From Octopus vulgaris (taxonomy: Eukaryota): 64,000 nucleotides of DNA. A program made the position numbers and the translations under genes. The stretch lies in the NCBI GenBank assembly GCA_951406725.2, contig OX597823.1, forward strand, positions 8,432,001-8,496,000. The letters are read 5' to 3'. Under the pieces are notes generated by a model. The model had not been told where the DNA came from, searched no databases, and worked only from the letters and a program-made list of their open reading frames with translations. Positions 42,125 to 55,494 of this stretch are shown one piece after another (the stretch's first letter is position 1; each line of letters starts with the position of its first letter).

Positions 42125-42853
42125 TTTCCTTCCTTCTTCAAATTTTCTTCCGTTTCTCGCCGAGTGTTTTCCATACACCTAGGGCAGAGAAGGGCATTGC
42201 ATGCATTCCCAGATTACACGCGCAAATTCACAGATAAAATATGTATTTAAAAATTAATAAATAAATAAATTCATGGAGGGATGTTATTTTCACAGCGATA
42301 GTGCTCTTCTCAGTACATGAGCCGTTCCAGTTAATACGATTTTTTGCACTTCCTGTAGGGATGGTAAGCCTGGAATCATTTTCAAATAGGTTTCAGTACC
42401 TTTTTTTTTATCATTCCTAGAGATCCTACAATCACTGGTACTGTAGTCGCCTTGAGATGCCACATTTTTTCAATTTCTATTAGCAGGTCTTTATATTTAC
42501 TAATCTTGTCAAATTCTTTCGCCGCTATATTGTGATCACAGGGAATACTCATGTCAATTAATAAACACATCCTTTTTGTCTGATCTTTAATAATAATATC
42601 CGGTTTATTAGCTTTTATAGTCCTGTCGGTCTGCACGGGGAAGTCCCATAGAATCGATACATTTTCTCCCTCAGTCACAGCTTCAGGATGATATTTATAC
42701 TATTTGTCAGTGGTTTTGATTTTATAATGCCGACATATTGTCCAATGTAAATACTGGCCGACTCTGTCATGTCTTGCTTTATATTCTGCAGGTGCTAAGA
42801 CTCTACACCCTGAGATTAGGTGGTCTATTGTTTCAATCTCATCGTTACAGAAT
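42125..42853 (-). mobile_element. R4/Dong-clade non-LTR retrotransposon 3' fragment (CCHC plus restriction-like endonuclease)
   Basis: RFCNDEIETIDHLISGC..YKARHDRV..ILWDFPVQTDRTIKANKPDIII..LIDMSIP..KISKY..VPVIVGSLG..LQEVQKIVLTGTAHVLRRAL*. Both ends sit in (TAA)n-type repeats. Confidence 0.9.
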
Positions 42854-42937
42854 CTATTATTATTATTATCATTATTATCATTATTAGTTGTTGTAGTAGT
42901 AGCACTAGTTGTGGTAGTAGGGTAGCAGCAGCAGCAG

Positions 42938-43218
42938 TGGAGGCGCAATGGCCCAGTGGTTAGGGCAGCGGACTCGCGGTTTCCATTCCCAGACTGGGTG
43001 TTGTGTGTGTTTATTGAGCGGTCCCCACCCCGCTATCGCTAAACAACCGATGTTGGTGTGTTTACGTCCCCGTTACTTAGCGGTTCAGCAAAAGTGACGG
43101 ATAAAATAAGTAGTACTAGGCTTACAAAAAGTTAGTCCCGGCATCGATTTCTTTGACTAAAACTCCTTAAGGCAGTGCTCCACCATGTCCGCAGTGAAAT
43201 GACTGAAACAAGTAAAAC
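42938..43218 (+). mobile_element. Chimera of a SINE C head and a SINE B 3' half
   Basis: GTGGAGGCGCAATGGCCCAGTGG..TTATTGAGCG joins directly to GTCCCCACCC..CCGTTACTTAGCGGTTC..GACTGAAACAAGTAAAA. Confidence 0.75.
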
Positions 43219-43334
43219 TATGTACACACACTCACACACTACACACACACACACACGCACACACACACACATATATATGTATATATGCAATACATACATA
43301 CTTACGTACATGTATGCGTGAGTATATGTATGTA

Positions 43335-43608
43335 TGTTTTGTTTGTCCCTTCTCGAGCCACGCCTGGCTCATAAAAGCCGGTTTCCTGGTTTCCTTGGCT
43401 TATAGGTTCTCCACCTGGACAGGACACCAGTCCGTCGCAGGTGAGCTGCAAGATGCAGGAGGAAAGAGTGAGAGAAAGTTGTGGCGAAAGAATCAGCAGA
43501 AGTTTTGCCATTACCTTCTGCCGGAGCTGCGTGGAGCTTAGGTGTTTCGCTCATAAACACACACATTGCCCGGTCTGAGATTCGAACCCGTGAACCCTCG
43601 ACCGTGCG
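43335..43608 (-). mobile_element. SINE family C
   Basis: Reverse complement of the 28681 type. Confidence 0.85.
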
Positions 43609-45598
43609 TCGAGGTTGGTTTGTACATACAAACATATAATTTTGCTCACTGTTGAAGTTGTACAACAAGTATCATATGTTGTTGTAGCATGTAGGAATTT
43701 ATTATTCTCAAGTAATGATAAAGAGAATAAATTTCATTCTAAGCATTATAGATTATAGCTTTGTAAACAATTCGTAGCAACTCAGTAAATGACCTCATAG
43801 CGGAAGCGAAGATCATATTTTCACTCAGTTAGTAATGATAGATATATACGAACGTGCATTAGCTGTTCAATATAAATAAAGCAATTTAAATAGCAGTAAA
43901 ACTCTGCTGACTTCAGTTTTATGGAAATATAATACTTGTATTCTAATATATTATGCCTCGATTGAAGACAATATGATTTAATATAAACATTCAATTATAA
44001 TGTCCCTATAAAAGTGCATGTAAATTCTTTTAGGTATGTATTCTAATTATTTGAATTAGTTATAAAAATTCCATTGAAAAATAAATGTGTAGAAAAATAG
44101 AAGCAAAATTGAAAAAACAAAAAGATAATCTACAATCAATCAAGTGATTCTATGTCTGTTGTTAACTTCATTTTTATTTAAAAAATGGCGTCCCTATGGA
44201 CCGTAGTATATAATTATGAATCAATAATTATTCATGGAAATATTAAGTATGTGATATGTATTAGTGGCAACTTTTGAAAAAAACCTATGAATATGCATGA
44301 ATTAAAAAAACATTTAAAAATAGTAAAAAAAGTGCTGATTACTTAATCTCTGCACATAAGCATAACTAAATATATAATTTAAAAAAAGCAGCTAAAAGCA
44401 ACCTTTCATTTTATTTGATCTGTTATCAAGATCAAGGTCAATATTTTTATGTAGACTAAATCATTAATAATAAAATTATAAAATTAACAAAATGTTAAAA
44501 GGTGTTGAGTGGAAGCAATCAAGTTGCAATAAGTTTGGAAAAATGTCAAATTCATTGTTTCCTATATGTAGAGTGTTTACAGCCAAGCTGTAAAAGAAGG
44601 GGCTGGTTTAATTATTATATGTGTGCTCAAAGATTTAACGGGAAATATATAGTATCATCACCAGGGTACGAATTTGCTTGACAATAGAAATGTACTTTGC
44701 ATATCTTATGGCTACATGTCTTATCATCTCCCTCCGAGTTCTTATTAATTAGTAGTCCTAATTTAATTTCCACCATTTCTGCTCTAATCAGTATAAGTTG
44801 TAACATTTAACAGTTTCTGAAGGCGGGGAGCTGGCAGAAACGTTAGCACGCCTGGCGGCATTTAAACTGCATGAATCAAAATAACAATGCGTATATTCAT
44901 GTTCTAACAGACTCGAACGTGGACATGGGTTTTAAATTTTCAAATGAATCATCCGTTTCTCCTTAACACTCTTATACGAATTACATTACTATGAAATTTA
45001 AGTTCTCAAAAGGTTTATATATTTATATAGTTAAACTGACAGAATAAAATCTACCGAAAACAAAACAAACATTTTATGACGATAAGTGCCTTACATATTT
45101 TAGATTTCATAATTATGGAATATGTGAAGAAGATGATAGTTAAGATTAGCCTTGGAGGAAATTTAGCCGTTAATCAAAAAATATAAGTTTACTAAAAAAC
45201 GAACATTGATTAATAATTTAGAGGATTTCTCAATAGTAAAAAATACGAAGTGCCCCCTAAATTTGTAGTATCTATATAAAATATGAATATATTTTCTAAC
45301 CAAACTTTCTAGACTAGGAATAAATTCTACTCATCCGAACATTTATTGTAAGTTATGTGACGTCCAGAAATAAGTCTATATATTTCAAACAATCACACAC
45401 ATCTGAGTTCAAATGCCGCCAGGTCGACTTCGCCTTTCGTCCTTTTAGAGTCGATAAAATAGGTATCAGTTGAGTACTAAGATCGATGTAATCGATTTAC
45501 TCTTCCCCCGAAATAACTGGCCTCGTGCCAAAATCTGAAACCAATACTGTTTACATTATTAATCTGCTTCTATTGCAGGATTTACACACACACATATA

Positions 45599-45668
<70 letters not shown>

Positions 45669-45689
45669 CATAAAATATACATATACATA

Positions 45690-46085
45690 CAGGAGTGGCT
45701 GTGTGGTAAGTAGCTTGCTAACCAACCACATGGTTCCGGGTTCAGTCCCACTGCGTGGCATCTTGGGCAAGTGTCTTCTGCTATAGCCCCGGGCCGACCA
45801 ATGCCTTGTGAGTGGATTTGGTAGACGGAAACTGAAAGAAGCCTGTCGTATATATGTATATATATATGTGTGTGTCTGTGTTTGTCCCCCTAGCATTGCT
45901 TGACAACCGATGCTGGTGTGTTTACGTCCCCGTCACTTAGCGGTTCGGCAAAAAGAGACCGATAGAATAAGTACTGGGCTTACAAAGAATAAGTCCCGGG
46001 GTCGATTTGCTCGACTAAAGGCGGTGCTCCAGCATGGCCGCAGTCAAATGACTGAAACAAGTAAAAGACTAAAAGAGTAAAAGAG
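45690..46085 (+). mobile_element. SINE family B, young copy
   Basis: Close match to 11826-12316. Confidence 0.9.
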
Positions 46086-46810
46086 ATACATACACAGATG
46101 CATGCATACAATTGTTTGTTCTTTCCTTATCAGAGGAAAACTCCTTGTTTTACGTGTGGGCTTTTTAAAGCTTTATCTGTCGATATGTTTCAAATCCGTA
46201 TTAGAACGGCAATTTTCATACGCCAAACTATAGTTATTTGCGTAACGTTTGGATAAAATTATATTCCACTCTGTAACTAACTCTAACCTATGAACAGAAA
46301 TGACCTAAGAATCTGTTAATTATCTGTAGAAATCACCTCAGAAACACAAAACCAAACCACGAGCTGTAATAAGAAGCGGAGACATAAATATAGGACGAAA
46401 TCCAGTCTAAAACAAGGAGATTTCCCTCCTCTGCTACCGACCCTATAACGTGATTTTGGCATCCAAAGTAGCATCATTACTTCTGGTGGTGCCAAACAAT
46501 TTTAGAATAATTCAAACGGTGTTTGAGTGTGTGCACACTAAATATTTGTGCTAGGTTCACAAATCATAAGCGTATACATTCCAAATATATAATTATATGA
46601 TAAAATTAGAATACACAACTAACCGCATTCAAAGCTTAATAAGAAAGGCAAAAAAAAAAAATACATAGAATGATCAACTTACAAATCCTACATATCAACT
46701 TATTCGATACAAACCAAAATTTACAAATGAATTGATTACAATTAACAGACATGTAAAATTTTAAAAATTAAACATATTAACAAGTAAAGGTATACCATGA
46801 TTCAAAAAAC

Positions 46811-47170
46811 GGTATTAGTATCGTAGACTGGTCCCGGTTTGCGCACACGCGCATGCGCGCGTCCGTGAAAGCCAGACGTAGGTAGTCGATACTCGATCCT
46901 ACGAGCTGACTGGCGCATGCGCGGTACGCGATTCGCGCATGCGCGTTACAACTCCCCCCCGCAATTTTCACTAAGGAAATTTTTTTTTTTTTTAAATTCG
47001 GATTTTCCTTAGTGAAAATTGCGGTGTGTGTGTGTGTGTGGGGGGTTGTAGCACGAATCGCGCACCGCGCATGCGCCAGTCAGCTCGTAGGATCGAGTAT
47101 CGACTACCTGCGTCTGGCTAGCGCGGACGCGCGTGTGCGCAAACCGGGACCATTCTACGATACTAGTACC
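46811..47170. mobile_element. GC/CpG-rich fully palindromic MITE
   Basis: Arms GGTA(T/C)TAGTATCGTAGA..GCAATTTTCACTAAGGAAA of about 170 bp surround a short T-rich loop. Confidence 0.85.
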
Positions 47171-47799
47171 TCAAAGAACGACATATGCCGACAGCTTACA
47201 GTGTCAAAAAATACCATCATAGAACCAATATTTTAATGGTCTAGCTTTAAGGACTTCCACGTACAAAAGAAGGAATCCAAGTTCTAACTTTGAATCGCAT
47301 ATGTAAATTAAGGCGTAATACGGAAGTCACTATTACTATCCAATGACAAAGAAAAAAAGAGACCAAGCTACTTCAAGGGCAAAGCTATTCAAATAACCCA
47401 AACATACATTCTAATCAATAAATGAACGTGATTAAGACTTAAGCAGTTACAATATCATTCTAAGTTTCAGGTGTGTAACTAAAATGCAAGATTGATATAA
47501 TGCTGAATTTATTTAAAATGTCATTGTGTAAATCGAGACGGCAATTATATTGATTAATTTTCTAGCATTAAAAACTTGCTTAATTATACACGCAATAAGA
47601 TTATTAGTAACTTGAAACAGTAATTCCTTTCTATCATTTACTTCCGAAATTTTACTGCTTATGCTGCAAACACACTATATCCTAGTCAACTTGATGTGCA
47701 ACTATAAGATTCACTACTACTTGAAATTTAAACTAAATTCACCAAAATCTGGGAGTTTGGTGAATAATATTCTTATTATCTTGTACAAGTACAGTTGTC

Positions 47800-48210
47800 G
47801 GATCTTTTCGGTTTGAACGGCAGTTTTTAACATAATTTCTAGGTAACTAAAAAATGTTAAACCTCGTATACTGGTAGAATGTGTTTATAAAACATCTTTT
47901 TCTCTTGGCTTTATTGAGAAAATTCTATAGTTTGTAAGATATTTGTTGTTTTTTTCTTCAATTTCTGCAATTTCAACCAACGTCTATTGAGAGGTGAAAA
48001 GAACATTCTGTGCCGTATGAATATGTCCCTCGTTTAAGAAACAGATTGGGTTTATTTACATTTGTGAAGAAAAAAGATACCCTTCCCCTAACCCTAACCC
48101 TAACCCTAAAAGAGATTGAAATGCAATAGATCGATTCTAGGGTTATAATTATGGGTGAAAATTTCATATGACACCGCTAGAAAAAACTGCCGTTCAAACC
48201 GAAAAGATCC
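47800..48210. mobile_element. Non-autonomous DNA transposon with about 29-bp TIRs, an 8-bp TSD and internal (CCCTAA)n
   Basis: TIR GGATCTTTTCGGTTTGAACGGCAGTTTTT and its inverse. TSD CAGTTGTC at 47792-47799 and 48211-48218. Confidence 0.92.
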
Positions 48211-48380
48211 CAGTTGTCTAGCTGCTGATAATATTATTATTCTTTGCTTAGAAATAAAGGCTTTTTGTTTGTATTTAGTACAGAATTACGTGCACATTTC
48301 TGAATAGTGCTGTTAAAACTGATCAAAACAATATGTAAATATTGTAAGAATTGCCTTCTTTAACGATGGAATTAACGATT

Positions 48381-48571
48381 TGAACAGACTCTTTCCATGT
48401 GTCTGCCTGCTTTTCTTTCTCTCTTCCTCCTCACAGAATCATTAACTCTCTCTCCTTATATTATTGTACCGGCCTGTAGGTTTGTAGTTTGCTATTTTAA
48501 GAACTTCGGCGATATGTCACCCAGGCATTCTATTTGTTTCGCCTTTATTTAGTACAACCTATTAAATATTC
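48381..48571 (+). repeat. About 190-bp segment also present at 51027-51847, where it is split by a SINE trimer
   Basis: TGAACAGACTCTTTCCATGTGTCTGCCTG...AGTACAACCTATT is shared. Confidence 0.85.
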
Positions 48572-48754
48572 TTATTTGCAATTAAAACGGAAATTTGTAA
48601 AAACTCAAATTAAACTGGAATGACTATAACTATAAAAATATAATGCTAATTATTGTAGGAAATTTTACTGTATGATTGAATAATGATTTAAATGAATGGA
48701 AACGACGCAAAAGTAATGGCGTTACGAGTACTGAATCTGTTACTATTGTTATAT

Positions 48755-49058
48755 CACGTGATCACGTGACCGACCAGACCATCAGATGTTGCTACACATC
48801 GCTGGTCACAATGCGTTCGCATCGTTTTAGCCTTCAAACGACGCCACCCCGCTGGCTAAGCGAGCAGGCCAACAGAAGAAAGAGTGAGAGAAAGAGTGGT
48901 GAAAGAGTACAGCAGGGATCACCACCCCCTGCCAGAGCCTCGTGGAGCTTTAAAGTGTTTTCGCTCAATAAACACACACAACGCCTGGTCTGGGAATCGA
49001 AACCGCGATCCTACGACTGCGAGTCCACTGCCCTAACCACTGGGCCATTGCGCCTCCA
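48755..49058 (-). mobile_element. SINE family C variant (tail 3) with TSD ACTATTGTTATAT
   Basis: Same head as 37002 with a different tail ending CACGTGATCACGTG. Confidence 0.88.
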
Positions 49059-50401
49059 CTATTGTTATATATATACCTTATATCACAAATAGATAATGGT
49101 GATAATAATGACAATGATGGAGATGATGTGAAGATCATGATGCGATGAGAAAGATGATGAAGAGTATAATTATTTTATTATTTGATCACGTGTATCACCA
49201 CTAATACGCACTCTCTCGAAAATTCAAATTATCTGATCACAAATAACAATGATAAATAAATCAAAAAGCAAAAGGTCGAAATCCATTTAAATTTGCGTGA
49301 AAATGTAATTATTATTTGGATTTACAACTTCAAAGACGTTACTGTATTAACGGCGTAATTTAAAAAAAAATATTTAAAAATCTAATATGACGGATATAAA
49401 ATAAGATGTTTAATGCAAACTTACATAGTCTAGAATATGCCCACCAAATATGTAAATATTAGAGCGATGAATTTCCAACAGCAGTGATAAATCCTCAGTT
49501 AAAGGCACTTTTGTTGTTTGCCTGTATAGAATAATCTGGAAAATGAAAATCCTAAAAGCAAAATGGAAAGAAGAAAAAAACTGAAAAAAACAAAACAAAA
49601 ATGAAATGAGAAATTGTCTGTTGTAGTTAACATTGCGGCAAATGTTTAATTTAATTACAGCTATTCAAAAGACCCATTCAGGTAATTCATAATTTTAAGT
49701 TATATATTTGTAGTAAAGTTAATTACAACATCCATTAGTTACACATACTATTAAGACACATTAAACCATAATATTTTTACTTCAACATTTTAAAATTCTT
49801 TTACTAATTTAGTATTTTCATTCGCATAGTAATTTCGTGTTAATGTCATTCTCTCTAAAGGAAAACGAAAAAGCAAAAAAAAAAAGCAAAAAAAAAAAAA
49901 GCAACTGTATGTTTAAATAGACTTCTGACATAATGAAATTTTATCCTTAAATGTAATAAGCCATTCTTCCGATCTGAAAATGTAATGTATCACACGATCA
50001 TAAGACATAACCGAAATAGATAAAATATAAATGACATGAGTTTAATTGGATATGTGTCACGTTAGACGTCTTGTATTACGAACTTCACTGAAAAATATAT
50101 TCAAATTTACACATCTACACAGACTCACGCATACGGACAATCATGTATACTTGTTCGACTTGTTAGAAATAGTGATCCAATCTCAATCCAATATCTATGA
50201 CATTAAAAGAGATACACTAGGTAATGTAGTCCAACATAATTAAGGAACCTTTTGATCAACAACGACACACAAACATTCGCCCCCCACCCCACAAAAAATA
50301 ACGGGCAATTATGTGGTTGTTCAACGTGTTTAGGACGCTTTTAATAAAATTTTTGCTCGACATGCATTGATCTGGGACTACAGCAATACTGAAACACACA
50401 A

Positions 50402-50487
<86 letters not shown>

Positions 50488-50489
<2 letters not shown>

Positions 50490-50749
50490 GAAAGAAGGTT
50501 TGAAAATGCAATTTAAAAGATGTTTATTTACTTGTCCTTAACATGTCCCTGTTACAAAAGACTGTATATATGTAATGTAGCAATTTGCAACAACCAATAA
50601 TTAACGCAACCAAACTTCTACATGTTACTTTTAACAAACTTTTTCCAAAGAGTGAAACCGGTAAAGTAAATAAACATCTTTTAAATTGCATTTTCAAACC
50701 TTCTTTCGTATATAATTCCACTCGTACGGTACCCCACAACTCCACTTTG

Positions 50750-50751
<2 letters not shown>
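50488..50751 (+). mobile_element. Penelope-type foldback remnant in (TA)n with a hammerhead 3' half
   Basis: 46-bp inverted arms at 50488-50533 and 50664-50709. GAAACCGGTA at 50654-50663. Confidence 0.65.
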
Positions 50752-50793
<42 letters not shown>

Positions 50794-51095
50794 ATACATA
50801 CAAATGTATATACAAACGTGCGCGCGCACGAACACACACATACACACATTAGATAAATAGTTATTTATTCTTTTAAAAAAGTGGGAGAACCATAGTTTAA
50901 AGGAATGTAGTCAATACTTAGCAGCAATATTTGCTTAAGATAATGCCTTCAACATGATGGGTCATGCTTCCTTTGCTTAGACAAATTCCAAGGAGAAGGA
51001 AAACTGACCAGAGGCATCAGCTCCATGAACAGACTCTTTCCATGTGTCTGCCTGTTGTTCTTTTTCTCTTTCTCCCTATTTTTACCTCACAGAAT

Positions 51096-51700
51096 TTATT
51101 TCTTTACTACCCACAAGGGGCTAAACACAGAGGGGACAAATAAGGACAGACAAACGGATTAAGTCGATTATATCGACCCCAGTGCGTAACTGGTACTTAT
51201 TTAATCGACCTCGAAAGGATGAAAGGCAAAGTCGACTTTGGTGGAATTTGAACTCAGAACGTAGCGGCAGACGAAATGCCTATTTCTTTACTACCCACAA
51301 AGGGCAAAACACAGAGGGGACAAGCAAGGACAGACAAACGGATTAAGTCGATTACATCGACCCCAGTGCGTAACTGGTACTTATTTAATCGACCCCGAAA
51401 GGATGAAAGGCAAAGTCGACCTCGGCGGAATTTGAACTCAGAACGTAGCGGCAGACGAAATACCTATTTCTTTACTACCTACAAGCGACTAAACACAGAG
51501 GGGACAAACAAGGACAGACAAACGGATTAAGTCGATTATATCGACCCCAGTGCGTAACTGGTACTTATTTAATCGACTCCCGAAAGGATGAAAGGCAAAG
51601 TCGACTTCGGTGGAATTTGAACTCAGAACGTAACGGCAGAAGAAATACAGCTACGCATTTCGCCGGGCGTGCTAACGTTTCTGCCAGCTCGCCGCGTTTG
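51096..51700 (-). mobile_element. Tandem trimer of SINE A (one head, three 184-bp bodies) inside a single TSD
   Basis: Units start at 51097, 51281 and 51465. TSD TACCTCACAGAAT at 51083-51095 and 51701-51713. Confidence 0.92.
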
Positions 51701-52365
51701 TACCTCACAGAATCATTAACTCTCTCTCCTTATATTATTGTACCGGTCTGTGGGTTTGAAGTTTGCTATTTTAAGAACTTCGGCGATATGTCGCCCAGAC
51801 ATTCTATTTGTTTCGCCTTTATTCAGTACAACCTATTGAATATTCCTGACAGAAGCTTTCATATTATATAAGTTCAAAGTATTTTCCTATTCTGTAATAT
51901 CATTATTATCACCATTATTTACATCTTACAATGTTAACATCTTATATCATTAAAATCTTATCTTGATGTTACCTGTTGCTACGACGGCTCTTCTATTGCT
52001 TTAAATATTCTCAAACGTGGCCTTTTCTCGATATCAGTACTCCTAACTCAAATTGACTACACAACTGGTTTTGGAACAGCATTGATCGCTAATTTGCGCC
52101 TATGTAATTTGGATTTACTTCCAAAGAAGTACTGTCGTTTTTCAAGACAACAGATTCTTTGTGGTTGAGCAAATGTCTCTTGTTTTGATAAACTTACGAA
52201 TTTGATTTTTCTTTTTGTTGAGTTGTATTTCTTTTACTTTATTTTTTGTCTCTTTATGTTTGTGATTTCATTCAAGATCGTGACATGTTCCTATATTTGC
52301 TCTCTTTCTCTGTGCGTTTGTTTCAACAATGTTTGCTTGAAATTAGATTTCTCTATTTCAGAAGT

Positions 52366-52659
52366 GTAGAGGCACATGGCCTAGTTGTTAGTGTAGCGGA
52401 CACGCGGTCGAAGGATCGCGGGTTCGAATCTCAGACCGGACGATGTGTTTGTTTATGAGCGAAACACCTAAGCTCCACGCGGCTCCGACAGAAGGTAATA
52501 GCGAACTTCTGCTGACTCTTTCTCCACAACTTCCTCTCACACTTTCCTCTTGCAGCTCACTTGCGACGGACCGGCGTCCCGTCCAGGTGGGGAACCTATA
52601 CGTCAAGGAAACCGGGAAACCAGCTCTATGAGCCAGGCGTGGCTCGAGAAGAAACAAAC
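52366..52659 (+). mobile_element. SINE family C with an 11-bp TSD (ATTTCAGAAGT)
   Basis: TSD at 52355-52365 and 52660-52670. Confidence 0.9.
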
Positions 52660-53330
52660 ATTTCAGAAGTACCTTTGCAACTGCTATAACTGCAGCTTAT
52701 ACCATACTTTTGGCTTTATTCTAGTAATGTTGATGCTCACGCCTGATTCCAGTAAATTCTAGTAATTAAATGTTTAAAACTGTTTCTGCGATTCATCTTT
52801 TAAAAACTGTTATTTTATCATTTAGACTTATCTTACAAGGCGTAGTGGAGTCGCTTGGTGGTTCACGGAATATCTATTGATTTTAATTCTTTAATTTCTT
52901 CCATCTTTAGATTACTGTTATATTTACAGTTCTAGAATTCTACTCTTAGATCTTTCTCATATTCCCGTGTGTTCATATGTTTGTTTTCGTACTTCTTAAT
53001 CGGCTTTTGTTGATCAATATACTGTAAGTCCATTGGGGGTTATATTTTAAGTTTTGTTCAAATTAGTTCTGTTTTCACGATTTACTTTCTCAATGTCTAT
53101 AACTAGATTTTGTTCCGTTGTCTGCAAGGTTTTTTGATTGCGTATTTGTCTGTTGTTTGCGTTTTCACTTTGTTTCGTTCGTGTTTTCTTTTTTAGTATT
53201 GAGCTTAATAATGTATCTTCTTAAACTCGCTAGTTTGTAAGGATCCTAATTAGCAAATCTGTTGGTATGCTAATTTAATTTTAGTCCTAGACTATTTTCT
53301 CTCTAGATATTACGTAGGTATATTCTAGCA

Positions 53331-53660
53331 GGCATATGGCTCAATGGTCAGAGCGTCGAGTTCACAATCATGAGGTAGTGAATTCAATTACCGGAACGGG
53401 CTGTGTCTTTTACCCTTCAACAAGACACTTATTTCCCGCTGCTCCATTTCAGTCACCTGAAGAAATGAGTTGCAACGTCACTGTTGTCAAGGTGAACGGC
53501 AGCCCTTCCCTTGGATATCCTCGGTGGCGTAAAGAAGGGAGGCTGGCATGCATGGGCGGCTACTGGTCTTCCATAAACAACTTTGCCCGGACTTGTGCTT
53601 CGAAGGGTAACTTTCTTGGTGCAATCCCATGGTCATTCATGACCGAAGGGGTTCTTAACC
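53331..53660 (+). mobile_element. SINE family D, degenerate
   Basis: GGCATATGGCTCAATGGTCAGAGCGTCGAG...GGTCATTCATGACCGAAGG. Confidence 0.75.
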
Positions 53661-53819
53661 TGTTTTGAGTTTTAGCAGACTTTTAGGGGGGAGAAAGGAT
53701 ACGCAGTCGCGGTGAAATAGATATGGAATTTCTGGCAAATTTTTGATATGTCCAATTATGTGGTTTTTGCTTATTTGTAGAATTTGACTCGTCATGTTAA
53801 TTATTTAAGACAATTAAGT

Positions 53820-54225
53820 GAATGACCGGTAGAATGGAAATGGCACGAGACCAAGAGGATCTTTGCTGAGTCTGATGTCTCGGAGGTGCTCCGCAAATCG
53901 GTCAGCCAAGCGGCGTCCCGCTTGACCGATGTACAGAGAAGGGTTCAAAGATCAGGCGTTGCAGTAACTGACGATGTTAGCAGTGCAGGTAAAGGAGCCG
54001 GTGATACGATGGGGACGATTATGTGTGCCTGTGAAGTTGGTGGTGTTGGAGAGGTAGCGGCAATTTCGGCAGAGGTGGGGTTAAGGAAGAAACTGTGAAC
54101 CAGGAGGTCACGCAGGTTGTGGGCTCGTTTGAAGGTGGGAGGGGGTAGGTTGGGGGAACATGTGGGAGGTGGAGGGGCCGGACAGGAGTCGCCGGAAGAC
54201 TCGGAGAATGCTGCGTTAGACATAC
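53820..54225 (-). pseudogene. Penelope-like element GIY-YIG endonuclease fragment
   Basis: PPTFKRAHNLRDLLVHS ... FTCTANIVSYC ... LYIGQAGRRLADRFAEHLRDIR ... HFHSTGH. Confidence 0.85.
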
Positions 54226-54252
54226 GTAAGTCTAAGGGATAAGAATATATGT

Positions 54253-54286
<34 letters not shown>

Positions 54287-54318
54287 TGTATGTATGTATG
54301 TATGTATCTATCTATCTA

Positions 54319-54378
<60 letters not shown>

Positions 54379-54393
54379 CGTATACATACACAT

Positions 54394-54438
<45 letters not shown>

Positions 54439-54934
54439 TTGCTTAGGCCAAGTGACGCCAATAATTTGGTGTTAGAACTCAATTTCATCCGCTTAAGGAT
54501 AAAGCGTTGATCGAGGGCACAGCCTAATATGAAATTAAATAAATGAAAAGGGAACAGTAATTAAACACATTCCATTAGCTTTCAACTCTATGAACAGCAT
54601 AATATAGCAGAAACAATTACAAGCTAATGAATTTGATTACATAATTTCTGCGCTCCGTATGACGGTAGCGATGCTCTCTTCAATTTTCCAGCACTTACTA
54701 TACAACGTGGAACCCGAACGTTAGTGAAACAGCTGTAAGTCATGGAGTAAATGTGATATGAAAACTTCTCTTCTCACTTGTTAATTTTACATTGAGACGG
54801 AGAGTAAAATTCTGGAGTTTCATTTTGTGTGGAACCAATGATTCTACTCAAGAACTTTTACTTCCTATACGTACTGATAGCCATTGTTATATAGATAACT
54901 TCCTGGATTTCCAGATCCCTTCTCACTGATTCTA

Positions 54935-54973
54935 TTTCTTTCCTTCTTTCTTTCTTTCTTTCTTTCTTTCTTG

Positions 54974-55020
<47 letters not shown>

Positions 55021-55140
55021 ATCGTTCTTTCTTTCTTTCCTGCTTTCTTTCCTTCTTTTTTCCTTCTTTCCTTCTTTCTTTCTTTCTTTCTTTCATTCCT
55101 TCTTTCTTTCTTTCTTTCTTTGTTTCTTTGTTTCTTTCCT

Positions 55141-55175
<35 letters not shown>

Positions 55176-55188
55176 CTCTTTCTTTCCT

Positions 55189-55268
<80 letters not shown>

Positions 55269-55363
55269 TCCTTCTTTTTTCTTTCCTTCTTTCTTTCTAT
55301 CGTTCTTTCTTTCCTTCTTTCTTTCTTTCTTTCTTTCCTTCTTTCCTTCTTTCCTTCTTTCTT

Positions 55364-55432
<69 letters not shown>
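54935..55432. repeat. (TTTC)n/(TC)n polypyrimidine tract of about 500 bp
   Basis: Direct reading. Confidence 0.97.
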
Positions 55433-55433
<1 letters not shown>

Positions 55434-55494
55434 TTCTGTAACACGTTTCAGCCCCGAGGCTGTGGCCGTGCTGGCACACCGCCAGTGTAATCAC

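Noticed and set aside
48086-48108. (CCCTAA)n as a chromosome end or fusion scar
   Set aside because: Only about four units, located inside a TIR/TSD-defined transposon.
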